Assembly (NCBI GenBank): GCA_025964615.1
Contig: JAOPYM010000057.1
Coordinates: 1-61,531 of the forward strand
Source of the DNA: Actinomycetes bacterium
GTDB taxonomy: Bacteria; Actinomycetota; Actinomycetes; Streptosporangiales; Streptosporangiaceae
Direction: 5' to 3'
DNA: 61,531 nt
In this document: positions 36,771 to 46,523 of the stretch, piece by piece
How positions within the stretch are numbered: position 1 is the stretch's first letter
How the letters are laid out: every line of letters starts with the position of its first letter
Notes under the pieces: generated by a model
Told to the model about the DNA's origin: nothing
Databases searched by the model: none
The model's input: the letters and a program-made list of their open reading frames with translations, nothing else
Position numbers and translations under genes: made by a program

Positions 36771-37289
36771 TCAGAGGGCGGGGGGGACGTCGTCGATCTC
36801 GAAGAACTCGGGGAGCTGGGCCCGGCCGGCGAGTGGTAGCGCCCGGGCCATCATTCTGCGCCGGGCGGTGCGGATGGTGGCGACGGCGTCGTTGAAGAAG
36901 CGCCGGGCGAAGGCGACCTTCTGCGCGGCCGTCTCCAGCTCGTCCAGAAGGGCGTCCGCACGGTCCCCGAGGCCAGGGCGGAAGCCCGGCTGGTCCACCA
37001 CGGCCCGCAACGCCCGCGACAGGTCGCTCTCGGCGAACTCGCGCCGCTCGTTGTCGGCCGTACGGGCCTCGTGCGCGGCGGTGGCGAGGAGCAGGCTCGT
37101 CGCCGGGTCGAGAAGCCGGGACGCGGCCAGCTCCAGCGCGACGGCAGCCCGCCGGACCAGCGCGGCGTCAAGCCCGGCCCGTGCGGTCTCCAGTCTGACG
37201 TGCAAGCGGTCCAGGCGCCCGGCCCGCCAGAACGCGTACATGCCGAAGAGCACGAGCAGGGCGACGGCCAGGACCGCGTAGAACATCAC
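36771..37289 (-). CDS. LemA-like membrane-anchored protein (divergent)
   Basis: One N-terminal TM helix. C-terminal ARRFFNDAVATIRTARRR...LPEFFE resembles the LemA aRr.YNdav..yN...fP motif. 4-nt overlap with the pimA stop. Confidence 0.5.
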   Translation of the reverse strand: MMFYAVLAVALLVLFGMYAFWRAGRLDRLHVRLETARAGLDAALVRRAAVALELAASRLLDPATSLLLATAAHEARTADNERREFAESDLSRALRAVVDQPGFRPGLGDRADALLDELETAAQKVAFARRFFNDAVATIRTARRRMMARALPLAGRAQLPEFFEIDDVPPAL

Positions 37290-38449
37290 GCGCCCAGGCT
37301 GGACTCGACGACGCCGATGCGCTCGGCCAGCACGGTCTCGTAGACCCGGACCACGTCCCGCGCGACGGTCGACCAGTCGTACGCGCGGACCGCGGCGCGG
37401 GCCTCGGCCGAGAGCTGCTTGCGCCGCGCCGGGTCGTCGAGGAGATCGGCGGCGGCTCGGGCCAGCGCGCCGGCGTCACCGACTGGGAAGAGCTCGCCTG
37501 CGCGGCCGTCCTGCAGGACCCGGCGGAACGCCTCGATGTCACTGGCCAGGATGGGCGCGCCCGCCGCCATGGCCTCGGCCAGCACGATGCCGAAGCTCTC
37601 ACCGCCCAGATTGGGCGCGACGAACACATCGACCGAGTGGTAGGCCCTGACCTTGTCCTGGTCGCTGACCAGGCCGAGGAAGACCACCCTGTCGCGCAGT
37701 TCGGGTGAGACCTTGGCGAGGATCTCGTCCGCGTCGCCCGGCCCGGCCAGCAGCAGCCGGAGTCCCGGCCGCTCCCGGCCGAGAGTCTCGAAGGCGCGGA
37801 GCAGCACCTGCAGGCCCTTGCGCGGCTCGTCCATCCGTCCGAGGAAGCCCAGCGTTCCGCCGCCGGGACGGGCCTGCCCGCCGTCTCCCCGCCCGGGCCA
37901 GCCGGGCAGCGGCTCGGCCATCGCATAGCGCTCCGTGGCGACACCGTTCGGGATCAGCACGGCGTCACCGCCGAACTGTTCGACCAGCGTCTTGCGGGCG
38001 GCTTCGGAGACCGCGATCCGGGCGTTGATCTTCTCGAGGGCGGTCTGCAGGATCGGCACGGTCACCGCGACGACGCGGGACTTCTCGTAGGACGCGTGGA
38101 AGGTGGCGACGATCGGTCCGTCCGCCGCCCAGCAGGCGAGCACACCGAGTGAGGGCGCCGCCGGTTCGTGGACGTGCAGGACGTCGAAGCCGCCCTCCCT
38201 GATCCACCTGCGGACCCGGCTCGCGGACAGGAACCCGAACGAGAGCCGTGCCACGGACCCGTTGTAGGGCACGGGCACCGCACGCCCCGCGGAGACCGCG
38301 AAGTGCGGCAACAGGGCGTCCTCGTCGGCGGGCGTGATCACAGAGACCTCGTGACCGGAGGTGATCAGGGCCTCGGCCAGGTCGCTGATGTGCTGCTGCA
38401 CCCCACCGGGGACGTTCCACGTGTAGGGACAGACAATACCGATCCTCAA
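37286..38449 (-). CDS. pimA: GT4 glycosyltransferase, PimA-like phosphatidylinositol alpha-mannosyltransferase
   Basis: MRIGIVCPYTWNVPGGVQQH and the E-x7-E motif ESFGIVLAEAMAAGAP. Operon context with pgsA and the acyltransferase. Confidence 0.85.
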   Translation of the reverse strand: MRIGIVCPYTWNVPGGVQQHISDLAEALITSGHEVSVITPADEDALLPHFAVSAGRAVPVPYNGSVARLSFGFLSASRVRRWIREGGFDVLHVHEPAAPSLGVLACWAADGPIVATFHASYEKSRVVAVTVPILQTALEKINARIAVSEAARKTLVEQFGGDAVLIPNGVATERYAMAEPLPGWPGRGDGGQARPGGGTLGFLGRMDEPRKGLQVLLRAFETLGRERPGLRLLLAGPGDADEILAKVSPELRDRVVFLGLVSDQDKVRAYHSVDVFVAPNLGGESFGIVLAEAMAAGAPILASDIEAFRRVLQDGRAGELFPVGDAGALARAAADLLDDPARRKQLSAEARAAVRAYDWSTVARDVVRVYETVLAERIGVVESSLGA

Positions 38450-39324
38450 AGATCCTCCACCCAGACCCGCTGCATCATGTGCCAGTCCTCAGGGTGGGCG
38501 GCGATGCCTTCGGCGAAGGCGTTCGCGAGGGACTGCGTCATCGCGGCGATCTTCTCTTTGCGAGTTCCGTCCTCCGGCACCGGGACCTCCTCGTGGATCC
38601 GGATGCCCCAGCGCTCCCCTTCGTACCACAGTGTCGCGGGCAGGAGTGCGGCGCCGGTCTGAACCGCCAGCGCGGCGGAGCCGCCGGGCATCCGGGCAGG
38701 CCGGCCGAAGAAGTCGACTTCGATGCCGGTGTCACTGAGATCCCGGTCGGCGACCAGGCAGATCAGCCGCCCTTCGCGCAACCGCCGGGCGAGTGTGCCC
38801 ATCACGCTGACCGCCGACCCGGTGAGCGGCAGGATCTCCATGCCGAGGCTCTCCCGGTAGGCGACGAACCGCTCGTACAGCGACTCGGGCTTCAGCCGCT
38901 CCATGACGGTGGTGAAGGGGGCGCCCAGATAGGTGATCCAGGCCCCGGCGTGGTCGTAGTTGCCGGTGTGCGGGAGGGCGCAGATCACGCCACGGCCCGC
39001 TTCGAGGTTCTTGAAGATCTGGTCCTCGCCCTCGGCCACGACCTGCAGGACTCGTTCCCGCGACAGCTCCGGCAGCCTGAACGCCTCAAGCCAGTACCGG
39101 AAGTACGATCGCATGCCCTTGCGGCTGAGCTGCCGCAGCTCCGGTTCGGACAGGCCCGGGACCACCCGGCTGAGGTTCTTCTCCAGCTGGAGCACGCCCT
39201 TGCCGCGCTTGCGCCAGACCCGGTCGGCGATGCGGTCGAAGACGGCCCGGCTGAACGGCTCGGGGAGCTTGCGGACTGCCGTCCACCCGAAGGCGTAGGC
39301 CGCTTCCATCACCCGGTCCTTCAC
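38446..39324 (-). CDS. LpxL/HtrB-family acyltransferase (PIM acyltransferase-like)
   Basis: HX4D motif LPHTGNYDHAG. GTG 39324 forms a GTGA overlap with the pgsA stop (alternative start ATG 39309). The upstream part of the track ORF is Arg-rich run-through. Confidence 0.85.
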   Translation of the reverse strand: MKDRVMEAAYAFGWTAVRKLPEPFSRAVFDRIADRVWRKRGKGVLQLEKNLSRVVPGLSEPELRQLSRKGMRSYFRYWLEAFRLPELSRERVLQVVAEGEDQIFKNLEAGRGVICALPHTGNYDHAGAWITYLGAPFTTVMERLKPESLYERFVAYRESLGMEILPLTGSAVSVMGTLARRLREGRLICLVADRDLSDTGIEVDFFGRPARMPGGSAALAVQTGAALLPATLWYEGERWGIRIHEEVPVPEDGTRKEKIAAMTQSLANAFAEGIAAHPEDWHMMQRVWVEDL

Positions 39325-39920
39325 GCGGTCGCCTGCCTGTGGACGACGGCGAACCGCTGGACGACGGTGACGGCGCTGGCGGCTGCGAGCAGCCACAGGC
39401 CGATGTGCAGCGCGTACGGCACGCCCAGGCCGCTCAGCCCGGCCCCGATCAGGCCCACGATCAGGCGCTCGGTGCGCTCGGCGATGCCGACGTTGCAGGT
39501 GTAGCCCAGTCCCTCGGCGCGGGCCTTGACGTAGGAGACGAGGGCTCCGGCGACCAGGCAGAAGAGCGCCAGCACGGCCAGCAGCTCGTTGTGGCCGCCG
39601 CCCGTCAACCACAGGACCAGGCCGGAGAAGATCGCGGCGTCGGCGACCCGGTCCATGCAGGAGTCCAGGAACGCCCCCCAGGTGGAGGTGGTCCCGGTGA
39701 CCCGGGCGACCGCGCCGTCCAGCATGTCGAACAGCACGAACACGGTGATGACCACCGTGCCCCAGAAGAGGTCGCCGCGAGGATAGAAGACCAGCGCGGC
39801 GGCCACCACCCCGATGGTGCCGGTGACGGTGATCGCGTTCGGCGTCAGTCCTGTACGGGCCAGCGTCTCGCCGACCGGCGTGAGGGCGCGTGACAGCGCG
39901 GGCCGCAGGAAGTTGAGCAT
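39321..39920 (-). CDS. pgsA: CDP-alcohol phosphatidyltransferase (phosphatidylinositol-phosphate synthase-like)
   Basis: Complete signature DMLDGAVARVTGTTSTWGAFLDSCMDRVAD (D-x2-DG-x2-AR-x8-G-x3-D-x3-D). Start ATG 39920 (MLNFLRPALSR...); ATG 39968 is also possible. Confidence 0.88.
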   Translation of the reverse strand: MLNFLRPALSRALTPVGETLARTGLTPNAITVTGTIGVVAAALVFYPRGDLFWGTVVITVFVLFDMLDGAVARVTGTTSTWGAFLDSCMDRVADAAIFSGLVLWLTGGGHNELLAVLALFCLVAGALVSYVKARAEGLGYTCNVGIAERTERLIVGLIGAGLSGLGVPYALHIGLWLLAAASAVTVVQRFAVVHRQATA

Positions 39921-40155
39921 CGCCGTCCGATCGTGGGTCTGTGGTGCTTGGAGGGGTCGGCTGGCCATCGTAGTGGTTGGATCTCCCGCTGGCCGGGATG
40001 ACCCGGTATGCCGTGTCACCTTAGGTGAACATCCGTTCATACCGGGTTCATCCGGCGGACCCGAACCCCTTGTGAGCGGGCCGCTTCGGGGGAATGGTGG
40101 AGAGTACGGGTTGTGACGCCCGTCACCGCCCGGCCTCTTGAAGTGAGGTAGGCGC

Positions 40156-42294
40156 ATGGCGGAGAGAACAGGCCCTCAGGCGGCCACCGGCAGAGCACCG
40201 GCGGCCGGCCAGCCGGACAAGGTGCGCAACGTCGTACTGGTCGGCCATTCCGGAGCGGGCAAGACGACCCTCGTCGAGGCGCTGCTCGCCGCGACCGGCA
40301 CGATCCAGCGGCCGGGACGCGTCGAGGACGGCTCGACGGTCAGCGACTACGACGATATCGAGCTGCGTCAGCAGCGCTCGGTGAACCTGTCGGTCGCCCC
40401 GCTGATGGTGGGCGACGTGAAGATCAACCTCCTCGACACCCCAGGTTACGCCGACTTCGTCGGCGACCTGCGGGCCGGCCTGCGGGCGGCCGACGCCGCC
40501 CTGTTCGTGATCTCCGCGGTGGACGGGATCGACGGGCTCACCCGGATCCTCTGGGAGGAGTGCGCGGCGGTCGGCATGCCCAGGGCGGTGGTCATCACCA
40601 AGATCGACCAGCAGCGCGGCGACTTCGACGCCACACTCACGGCCTGCCAGGACACCTTCGGCGAGGGCGTGCTGCCCTGCTATTTCCCAGCCGGCGACTG
40701 CCTGATCGGGCTGCTCTCGCAGCGCTGCTTCGACTACTCCACCGGTACCCGCAAGGAGCACGACCCCGACCCGTCGCTGCTGGCCGACATCGAGGAGCTG
40801 CGCGGCGTCCTGATCGAGGGAATCATCCAGGAGAGCGAGGACGAGACGCTCATGGAGCGCTACCTCGAAGGGGAGCCCATCTCCGTCGAGGCGCTGATCG
40901 GCGACCTGGAGAAGGCGGTCGCCCGTGGCACCTTCCACCCGGTGCTCGCCACCTCGGTCCCACACGGCGACCACCCGGGCCCGGTGATCGGCATGGCCGA
41001 GCTGCTCGAAGTGATCGCCCAAGGGTTCCCCTCTCCGCTTGAGCACGGCATTCCGCCTGTCACCACTCTCGACGGCAGGTCCGACGCGCTCACCTGCGAT
41101 CCTGACGGCCCGCTGGTCGCCGAGGTGGTCAAGACGACCTCCGATCCCTACGTCGGCCGGATCTCGCTGGTCCGGGTGTTCTCCGGCACCCTGCGGCCGG
41201 ACATGGTGGTGCACGTGTCCGGGCACGGGCTGACCGATCGCGGCCATGAGGACCACGACGTGGACGAACGGGTGGGGGCACTGACCACCCCCCTCGGCAA
41301 GACCCAGCGCACCCTGCTCGCCGGCTCCGCCGGTGACATCTGCGCGGTGGCCAAGCTCGGCAGGGCCGAGACCGGCGACACCCTCTCCGACCCCGCCAAG
41401 CCCCGGCTCATGGCGCCCTGGACGATGCCCGACCCGCTGCTGCCGGTGGCGATCCGCGCGGTCTCCAAGGCCGACGACGACAAGCTCGCGCAGTCGCTCG
41501 GCCGGCTGGTCGCCGAGGATCCGACCCTGCGCCTGGAGAACAACGCGGAGACCCGCCAGCTGGTCCTGTGGTGCATGGGAGAGGCCCATGCCGAGGTGCT
41601 CCTCGACCGGCTTCGCGGCCGGTACGGCGTGGAGGTGGAGAGCGTCGAGCTCAGAGTGCCGCTGCGGGAGACGTTCGGCGGGCCCGCGCACGGCCTGGGC
41701 AGGCACGTCAAGCAGAGCGGCGGCCACGGCCAGTTCGCCATCTGCCACGTCGAGGTGGAGCCGCTGCCGTCCGGTGAGGGCTTCGAGTTCGCCGACAAGA
41801 TCGTGGGCGGCGTGGTGCCGCGCCAGTTCATCCCCTCGGTGGAGAAGGGGCTCAAGGTCCAGATGGGCAGGGGCGTCCTGGCCGGGTATCCGCTGGTCGA
41901 CATCAGGGTCACGCTGTACGACGGGAAGGCGCACCCGGTGGACTCCTCCGACATGGCCTTCCAGACCGCCGGGGCGCTCGCCCTGAAGGACGCCGCGGCC
42001 AAGACCCCGATGCTGCTGCTCGAACCGGTCGACGAGATCTCCGTGCTGGTGGCCGATGAGCACGTGGGCTCGGTGATGTCCGATCTGTCGTCGCGGCGGG
42101 GCCGGGTGCTCGGCTCCGAGTCGATCGCGGGCGGCCGTACCGTGGTCCGTGCCGAGGTGCCCCAGCTCGAGATCGTCCGGTACGCGATCGACCTGCGGTC
42201 CATGTCGCACGGCACGGGCACCTTCCATCGCAGGTTTCTGCGGTACGAGCCATTGCCGCCGCACCTGTCCGCGAAGGTGCCCGCCCCTGACTGA
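40156..42294 (+). CDS. elongation factor G paralog (EF-G2-like GTPase)
   Basis: 712 aa with EF-G five-domain length. P-loop GHSGAGKT, switch II DTPGYADF, TKID. See finding on His to Tyr. Confidence 0.9.
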   Translation: MAERTGPQAATGRAPAAGQPDKVRNVVLVGHSGAGKTTLVEALLAATGTIQRPGRVEDGSTVSDYDDIELRQQRSVNLSVAPLMVGDVKINLLDTPGYADFVGDLRAGLRAADAALFVISAVDGIDGLTRILWEECAAVGMPRAVVITKIDQQRGDFDATLTACQDTFGEGVLPCYFPAGDCLIGLLSQRCFDYSTGTRKEHDPDPSLLADIEELRGVLIEGIIQESEDETLMERYLEGEPISVEALIGDLEKAVARGTFHPVLATSVPHGDHPGPVIGMAELLEVIAQGFPSPLEHGIPPVTTLDGRSDALTCDPDGPLVAEVVKTTSDPYVGRISLVRVFSGTLRPDMVVHVSGHGLTDRGHEDHDVDERVGALTTPLGKTQRTLLAGSAGDICAVAKLGRAETGDTLSDPAKPRLMAPWTMPDPLLPVAIRAVSKADDDKLAQSLGRLVAEDPTLRLENNAETRQLVLWCMGEAHAEVLLDRLRGRYGVEVESVELRVPLRETFGGPAHGLGRHVKQSGGHGQFAICHVEVEPLPSGEGFEFADKIVGGVVPRQFIPSVEKGLKVQMGRGVLAGYPLVDIRVTLYDGKAHPVDSSDMAFQTAGALALKDAAAKTPMLLLEPVDEISVLVADEHVGSVMSDLSSRRGRVLGSESIAGGRTVVRAEVPQLEIVRYAIDLRSMSHGTGTFHRRFLRYEPLPPHLSAKVPAPD

Positions 42295-42296
42295 GG

Positions 42297-44375
42297 TCAG
42301 ACCTGGGTCCGGGCGGCGCCTTCCCCGAGGAGCATGGTGCGCAGCCGGGCATCCGGACCGAGCCCGGTCAGCACGACGCGGCCGTGGGCGTCCATGGCCG
42401 CGGCCGGTTGCTGGACGAGCCACGGGCCGTGGGCCTCCCACGGGAACGGCGCGACGGGCCGGGAGGTCAGGCGGGCCACGCTGGCGGTGCCCGCGTCGTT
42501 GCGCTGCACGAGGAGCAGCCCTCCCGGCAGGGTGAGCAGCTGCATCGGCCCGATGCCGCCCTGTCCGCCGAGCGGGACCTGGGTCCACTGATCGGAGCCA
42601 GGGTCCCTGCGGAATCCGGCCACCTGGCCGTTGCCGGCCAGCCGGTAGACGAGCAGCAGGGCGCCGTCGTCGAGGCGCACGACGCTGGGCGGGGTGCCGG
42701 GGACGGGCAGCCGCAGTGCGGTGTCCTGGGTGAACGGCGCCCCGGGGCGTTTCTGGTACCAGCGCACCGGCGTGAGCCGCCCGGAGCCGTACAGCTCGAT
42801 GCGGCCGTCCGGGAGGGCCACCGCCGACAGTCCCTCCTGGACGGGGTGACCGCCCAGGTCGAGCCATGGTGTCCAGGCCCCGTTGGGCTTCTGCAGACGG
42901 GTGCCGGGGGTCCTGCTCGCCGTGCGGGCGAACATCCGCAGGCTGCCGTCCGCCCGGCGGACGGCGATCGGGGTGCCGAGCTGACGCATCCGGCTCCCCG
43001 TCTCGGGGGTGCCCAGGTCGGTCCACCGGCCGGTGCGCTGTTCGAAGAGCACGATGGTGCGCCGGCGGTCGTGGTCGTTCGGCCCGAGTTCGGCGATGCG
43101 CTCGGCGAGGAGCTGCCAGTGCCCATCCGGCGCGAGGGAGGCGGAGACGCCGGGCAACAGCGGACCCCCGCCGAGCAGCGACGGTCCCTGCCATCGACCG
43201 CTGCCCGGTGCGGTCTCCCGCCACATCGCTGCCTGCTGGTCGAGCACGGCGAACGCGGTGAGCGCCCCGGTCGCGTCCGGTTGCACCCAGGGGGTGGTCG
43301 AGACATACCGGGGGTGCGTGCTCTGCCCCCATCCGGAGGGGGGGACCCGGCCGCGCATGGACAGGTCCGCGCAGCCTGCCGGGTCCCCGCAGGGCACGGG
43401 GACATCCCCGGAGTAGACGCCGAGGAGGGCCTCCTTGGCCCGCCAGGCCGGGGCGCTCAGGTTGAAGGGCCAGCGGCAGTTGTAGTACCCGCGGTAGCTC
43501 TGCACGGTGAAGTGCCGTCCGCCGCCCGGCCCCCGATAGCGGGCCAGGGCCGCCCAGGTGAACTGCGCGGTCGCGGTGTGGTCCTCGTGGTCGGACAGGT
43601 CGCCGTGATCGGTCCTGCGCGGATGCCGCTGGTCGTGCACCTGCAGGTCGGGGTCGAGGTCCATGGTGCTGACCAGCGTCGGCCTGTACGTGTCGAACAG
43701 GTGGGCAAGGGTGTCGATCAGCTCGGTGCGGTGGTACCGGTGCGCGTGGTGTACCGCCGAACCGGTCGGGACCAGGGTCGGCAGCGAGCCGATCCGCCCG
43801 GCCCACAGGTTGCGCAGGCGGCCGTCCCAGAAGGACTTGGCGATGTTCAGGAAGATCAGCGTGACCTGGCCGAGGGTGTCCGCCTCGGCCTGTGCACCGT
43901 TGGGCAGTGTCAGGGTGGTACGCGTCCAGCGCGCCTTCGGGTCGCCCTGCGCCATCTGCCCGTAGGCGGCGCGCAGCCCGTTCTGCCGGGCCTTGACGTA
44001 GTCCTTGGCGTTGGCCCTCCGGCTCGGGCCGTTGTGCCCGTTGGACTCCGCCGCGGTGACGCAGACCCCCACCACGCGGTGCCGCGCGGCGATGGCCTGC
44101 TGGATCTCCGGGTTGAGGAAGAACAGGTCGTCGTCGGGGTGGGCGACGACGTGCATGACGGTGGTCTGCTCGGCCGGCGGCGCGGGCGGGGTGGGGCCGG
44201 GTGAGGACATCCCGACCGGTGGTGGTGACGGGATCCGCGGGTCCGGGTCACCCGGATCGGCCGCCGCCGGTCTCGCGCCGGACGAGGAGCCGGCCAGGCC
44301 GAGCCCTGCCACCGTGAGGCCAAGGGTTCCGGCTATGAGCGCCTGCCGGCGGTGCGGCATGGCCTCCCCTGCCAT
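42297..44375 (-). CDS. Tat-signal PIG-L/LmbE-family deacetylase fused to a C-terminal repeat region (possibly beta-propeller-like)
   Basis: Twin-arginine leader HRRQALIAGTLGLTVAGLGLAGS. PIG-L motifs VVAHPDDDLFF and SDHEDH. C-terminal half has repeated G..W..W..LGG-type units. Confidence 0.8.
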   Translation of the reverse strand: MAGEAMPHRRQALIAGTLGLTVAGLGLAGSSSGARPAAADPGDPDPRIPSPPPVGMSSPGPTPPAPPAEQTTVMHVVAHPDDDLFFLNPEIQQAIAARHRVVGVCVTAAESNGHNGPSRRANAKDYVKARQNGLRAAYGQMAQGDPKARWTRTTLTLPNGAQAEADTLGQVTLIFLNIAKSFWDGRLRNLWAGRIGSLPTLVPTGSAVHHAHRYHRTELIDTLAHLFDTYRPTLVSTMDLDPDLQVHDQRHPRRTDHGDLSDHEDHTATAQFTWAALARYRGPGGGRHFTVQSYRGYYNCRWPFNLSAPAWRAKEALLGVYSGDVPVPCGDPAGCADLSMRGRVPPSGWGQSTHPRYVSTTPWVQPDATGALTAFAVLDQQAAMWRETAPGSGRWQGPSLLGGGPLLPGVSASLAPDGHWQLLAERIAELGPNDHDRRRTIVLFEQRTGRWTDLGTPETGSRMRQLGTPIAVRRADGSLRMFARTASRTPGTRLQKPNGAWTPWLDLGGHPVQEGLSAVALPDGRIELYGSGRLTPVRWYQKRPGAPFTQDTALRLPVPGTPPSVVRLDDGALLLVYRLAGNGQVAGFRRDPGSDQWTQVPLGGQGGIGPMQLLTLPGGLLLVQRNDAGTASVARLTSRPVAPFPWEAHGPWLVQQPAAAMDAHGRVVLTGLGPDARLRTMLLGEGAARTQV

Positions 44376-44549
44376 CCCCCGCGCCTCCGTTCCCGCCGTG
44401 TCTCCCTTTTCTCAGGAGATCTTAAAACAGTTCGGCTAGCGCTTGTTTCCAGGGCAGGTAATGCACCATTCACGGGGGTTGGTACCGTATGAGGTGACGC
44501 TTGACGCGATCACCTTCAGGTCGCACTACGACCCGAGGGGTGCTCAATC

Positions 44550-45674
44550 TTGAAATTCGGCCGTCCCAGGTCGATCCCGGTCTGGCCTGCCCTGTGGGGC
44601 TGGACGGTCGTGTGGGCCCTCATCCAGGTCAGGGGCGCCGGCGGCACTTGGCGCTACTTCCTGCAGGGCGAGGGACTGCTGTTCGGGCAGGGCCCCGGCT
44701 CCGGGCTGCACCTGTACGCCGCCCATCCGGAACTCCAGATCGGCCCGATCTCCTTCGTGGCCGCCTGGCTGATCCATTTCATCGGGCCCATGCATGGCCG
44801 GGTGCTCGCCGTACTCCTGATGAGCTGCACTGGACCGCTGCTCCTGGCCGCCCTGTGGCGCCTGGCGCCCACCCGGCGCGCGCCCGGGCGGCTGCTCGGA
44901 GCGGGTCTGGTGTTCCTGCCCGGATGGGCGTTGCTCGCGACTCACGCGGGGCACCTCGACGATGTGCTGGCCCTGTCGTTCGGCGTCGCGGCCATGAGCA
45001 CCGCCGCCCGGAGGCACCCTGTCCTGACCGGCCTGCTGCTGGCCGCCGCCGCCGACTCCAAGCCGTGGGCCGCGGCCTTCGTGGCTCTGCTCCTGGTCTT
45101 CAGGGGCCGTTCGCTCGTGCTCGGCCTGGCCTCCTGGGCCGCCGGTCTGGCCGTCGCGTGGCTGCCTTTCGTGCTGTACGACCCACATACGCTCAACGCC
45201 GCGCATTTCACGATCGAGGTCGCCAGATCCTCGAGCCTGCGGCTGCTGGGGGTCATGGCCTCGGCGACTCCGTCCTGGGACCGCCCAGCCCAGCTGCTGC
45301 TCGGCTGCGGCCTGGCCGCCGTCGCGGTGCTGCGGGGCCGCTGGGCCGGGGTGATCGCGCTGGCCACCGCCGCCCGCGTGCTGCTCGACCCCGAGGTCTA
45401 CGGCTACTACACCTCAGGCGTGCTCCTGGGCGCCGTCGCCCATGACCTCATCGGGACCAGGCACCGCTGGCCGGTCCTCACGCTGGCGGGGACACTGACG
45501 CTCTACGTTCCGCGTCTGATCCCGCATCTCTCACTGTCCGCGATGGGGCTGCTCCGGCTCGGCTACGTCGTGTTCGCGGTCGCCTTCGTTCTGCTGTCCC
45601 GGACCGTGCCCGACCCGGACGCGGAACCGCTCCCACGACCCGCCGGCCCGCTCGTCACCGACCGGTCGCTCTGA
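44550..45674 (+). CDS. polytopic integral membrane protein, possibly a GT-C-type glycosyltransferase
   Basis: About 10 hydrophobic segments. The TTG start is uncertain. No motif I can assign securely. Confidence 0.55.
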   Translation: MKFGRPRSIPVWPALWGWTVVWALIQVRGAGGTWRYFLQGEGLLFGQGPGSGLHLYAAHPELQIGPISFVAAWLIHFIGPMHGRVLAVLLMSCTGPLLLAALWRLAPTRRAPGRLLGAGLVFLPGWALLATHAGHLDDVLALSFGVAAMSTAARRHPVLTGLLLAAAADSKPWAAAFVALLLVFRGRSLVLGLASWAAGLAVAWLPFVLYDPHTLNAAHFTIEVARSSSLRLLGVMASATPSWDRPAQLLLGCGLAAVAVLRGRWAGVIALATAARVLLDPEVYGYYTSGVLLGAVAHDLIGTRHRWPVLTLAGTLTLYVPRLIPHLSLSAMGLLRLGYVVFAVAFVLLSRTVPDPDAEPLPRPAGPLVTDRSL

Positions 45675-45777
45675 GATCAGGTGCCGGGATCGGAAGATGC
45701 CGCTCGGCGAAGGGCACCGACGTCGTATGGAATCCGCAGTCGCCGTCGTGCACGAGGGACCGGAAGGTCGCGGCGGG

Positions 45778-46344
45778 TCAGGGCCACGCCTCGGCCAGGA
45801 GGGTGCGGGTGTCGCGCAGCAGCTGCGGCAGGACCTTGGTGTGGCCGACGACCGGCATGAAGTTGGTGTCGCCACCCCAGCGGGGCACCACGTGCTGGTG
45901 CAGATGAGCGGCGATGCCGGCCCCGGCCACTCCCCCGAGGTTCATTCCGACGTTGAACCCCTGTGCGCCGCTGGCCTTCCTGAGAGCCTGCAGCGCGCGC
46001 TTGGTGAAGTCGGCCAGTTCCCCGGTCTCGGCGCCGTCCAGGTCGGTGTAGTCGGGCACGTGCCGGTACGGCACCACCATCAGATGCCCCGAGTTGTACG
46101 GGTAGAGGTTGAGCACCGCGTAGACGGTGCCGCCCCTGGCGACGATGAGCCCGTCCTCGTCGGTCATCTTCGGCAGTTCGCAGAACGGGCAGCCGTCGTC
46201 CGGGCCCGCACCTGTGGGCTTGTTCTGGCCCTTGATGTACGCCATCCGGTGCGGTGTCCAGAGCCGCTGGAAGTTGTCCGGGCTCCCGGCACCCCCGCGC
46301 TCCTCTTCGAGCCCCGTTTCAGGCTCTCCGCGCTCTACGCTCAA
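45778..46344 (-). CDS. HIT-family nucleotide hydrolase/phosphorylase (Ap4A phosphorylase-like)
   Basis: Histidine triad HLHQHVVPR and the GCPFCE zinc motif. Confidence 0.88.
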   Translation of the reverse strand: MSVERGEPETGLEEERGGAGSPDNFQRLWTPHRMAYIKGQNKPTGAGPDDGCPFCELPKMTDEDGLIVARGGTVYAVLNLYPYNSGHLMVVPYRHVPDYTDLDGAETGELADFTKRALQALRKASGAQGFNVGMNLGGVAGAGIAAHLHQHVVPRWGGDTNFMPVVGHTKVLPQLLRDTRTLLAEAWP

Positions 46345-46523
46345 GACGGCGCTCTCCTCACTGGTACGGCCTCGCCCAGCAGCATAGATTCACCGGCCCC
46401 GCCGCACGAAGCCGGGACACCCGAAGGCGTACCAGCCGCATATGCGAGCAAATCCGGACTCGGCTGGCGCCGTGGACGCCGCCTCCGCCACTATGGGGGA
46501 TCAACAACCGACCGACGAGGGGC

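Noticed and set aside
40123-43806. 1227-aa minus-strand ORF spanning the EF-G2 gene and part of the PIG-L gene
   Set aside because: The translation is Arg/Pro/Gly/Ala-rich and low in complexity. It lies antisense to, or out of frame with, genes that have strong family motifs. This is a typical stop-free shadow frame in GC-rich DNA.
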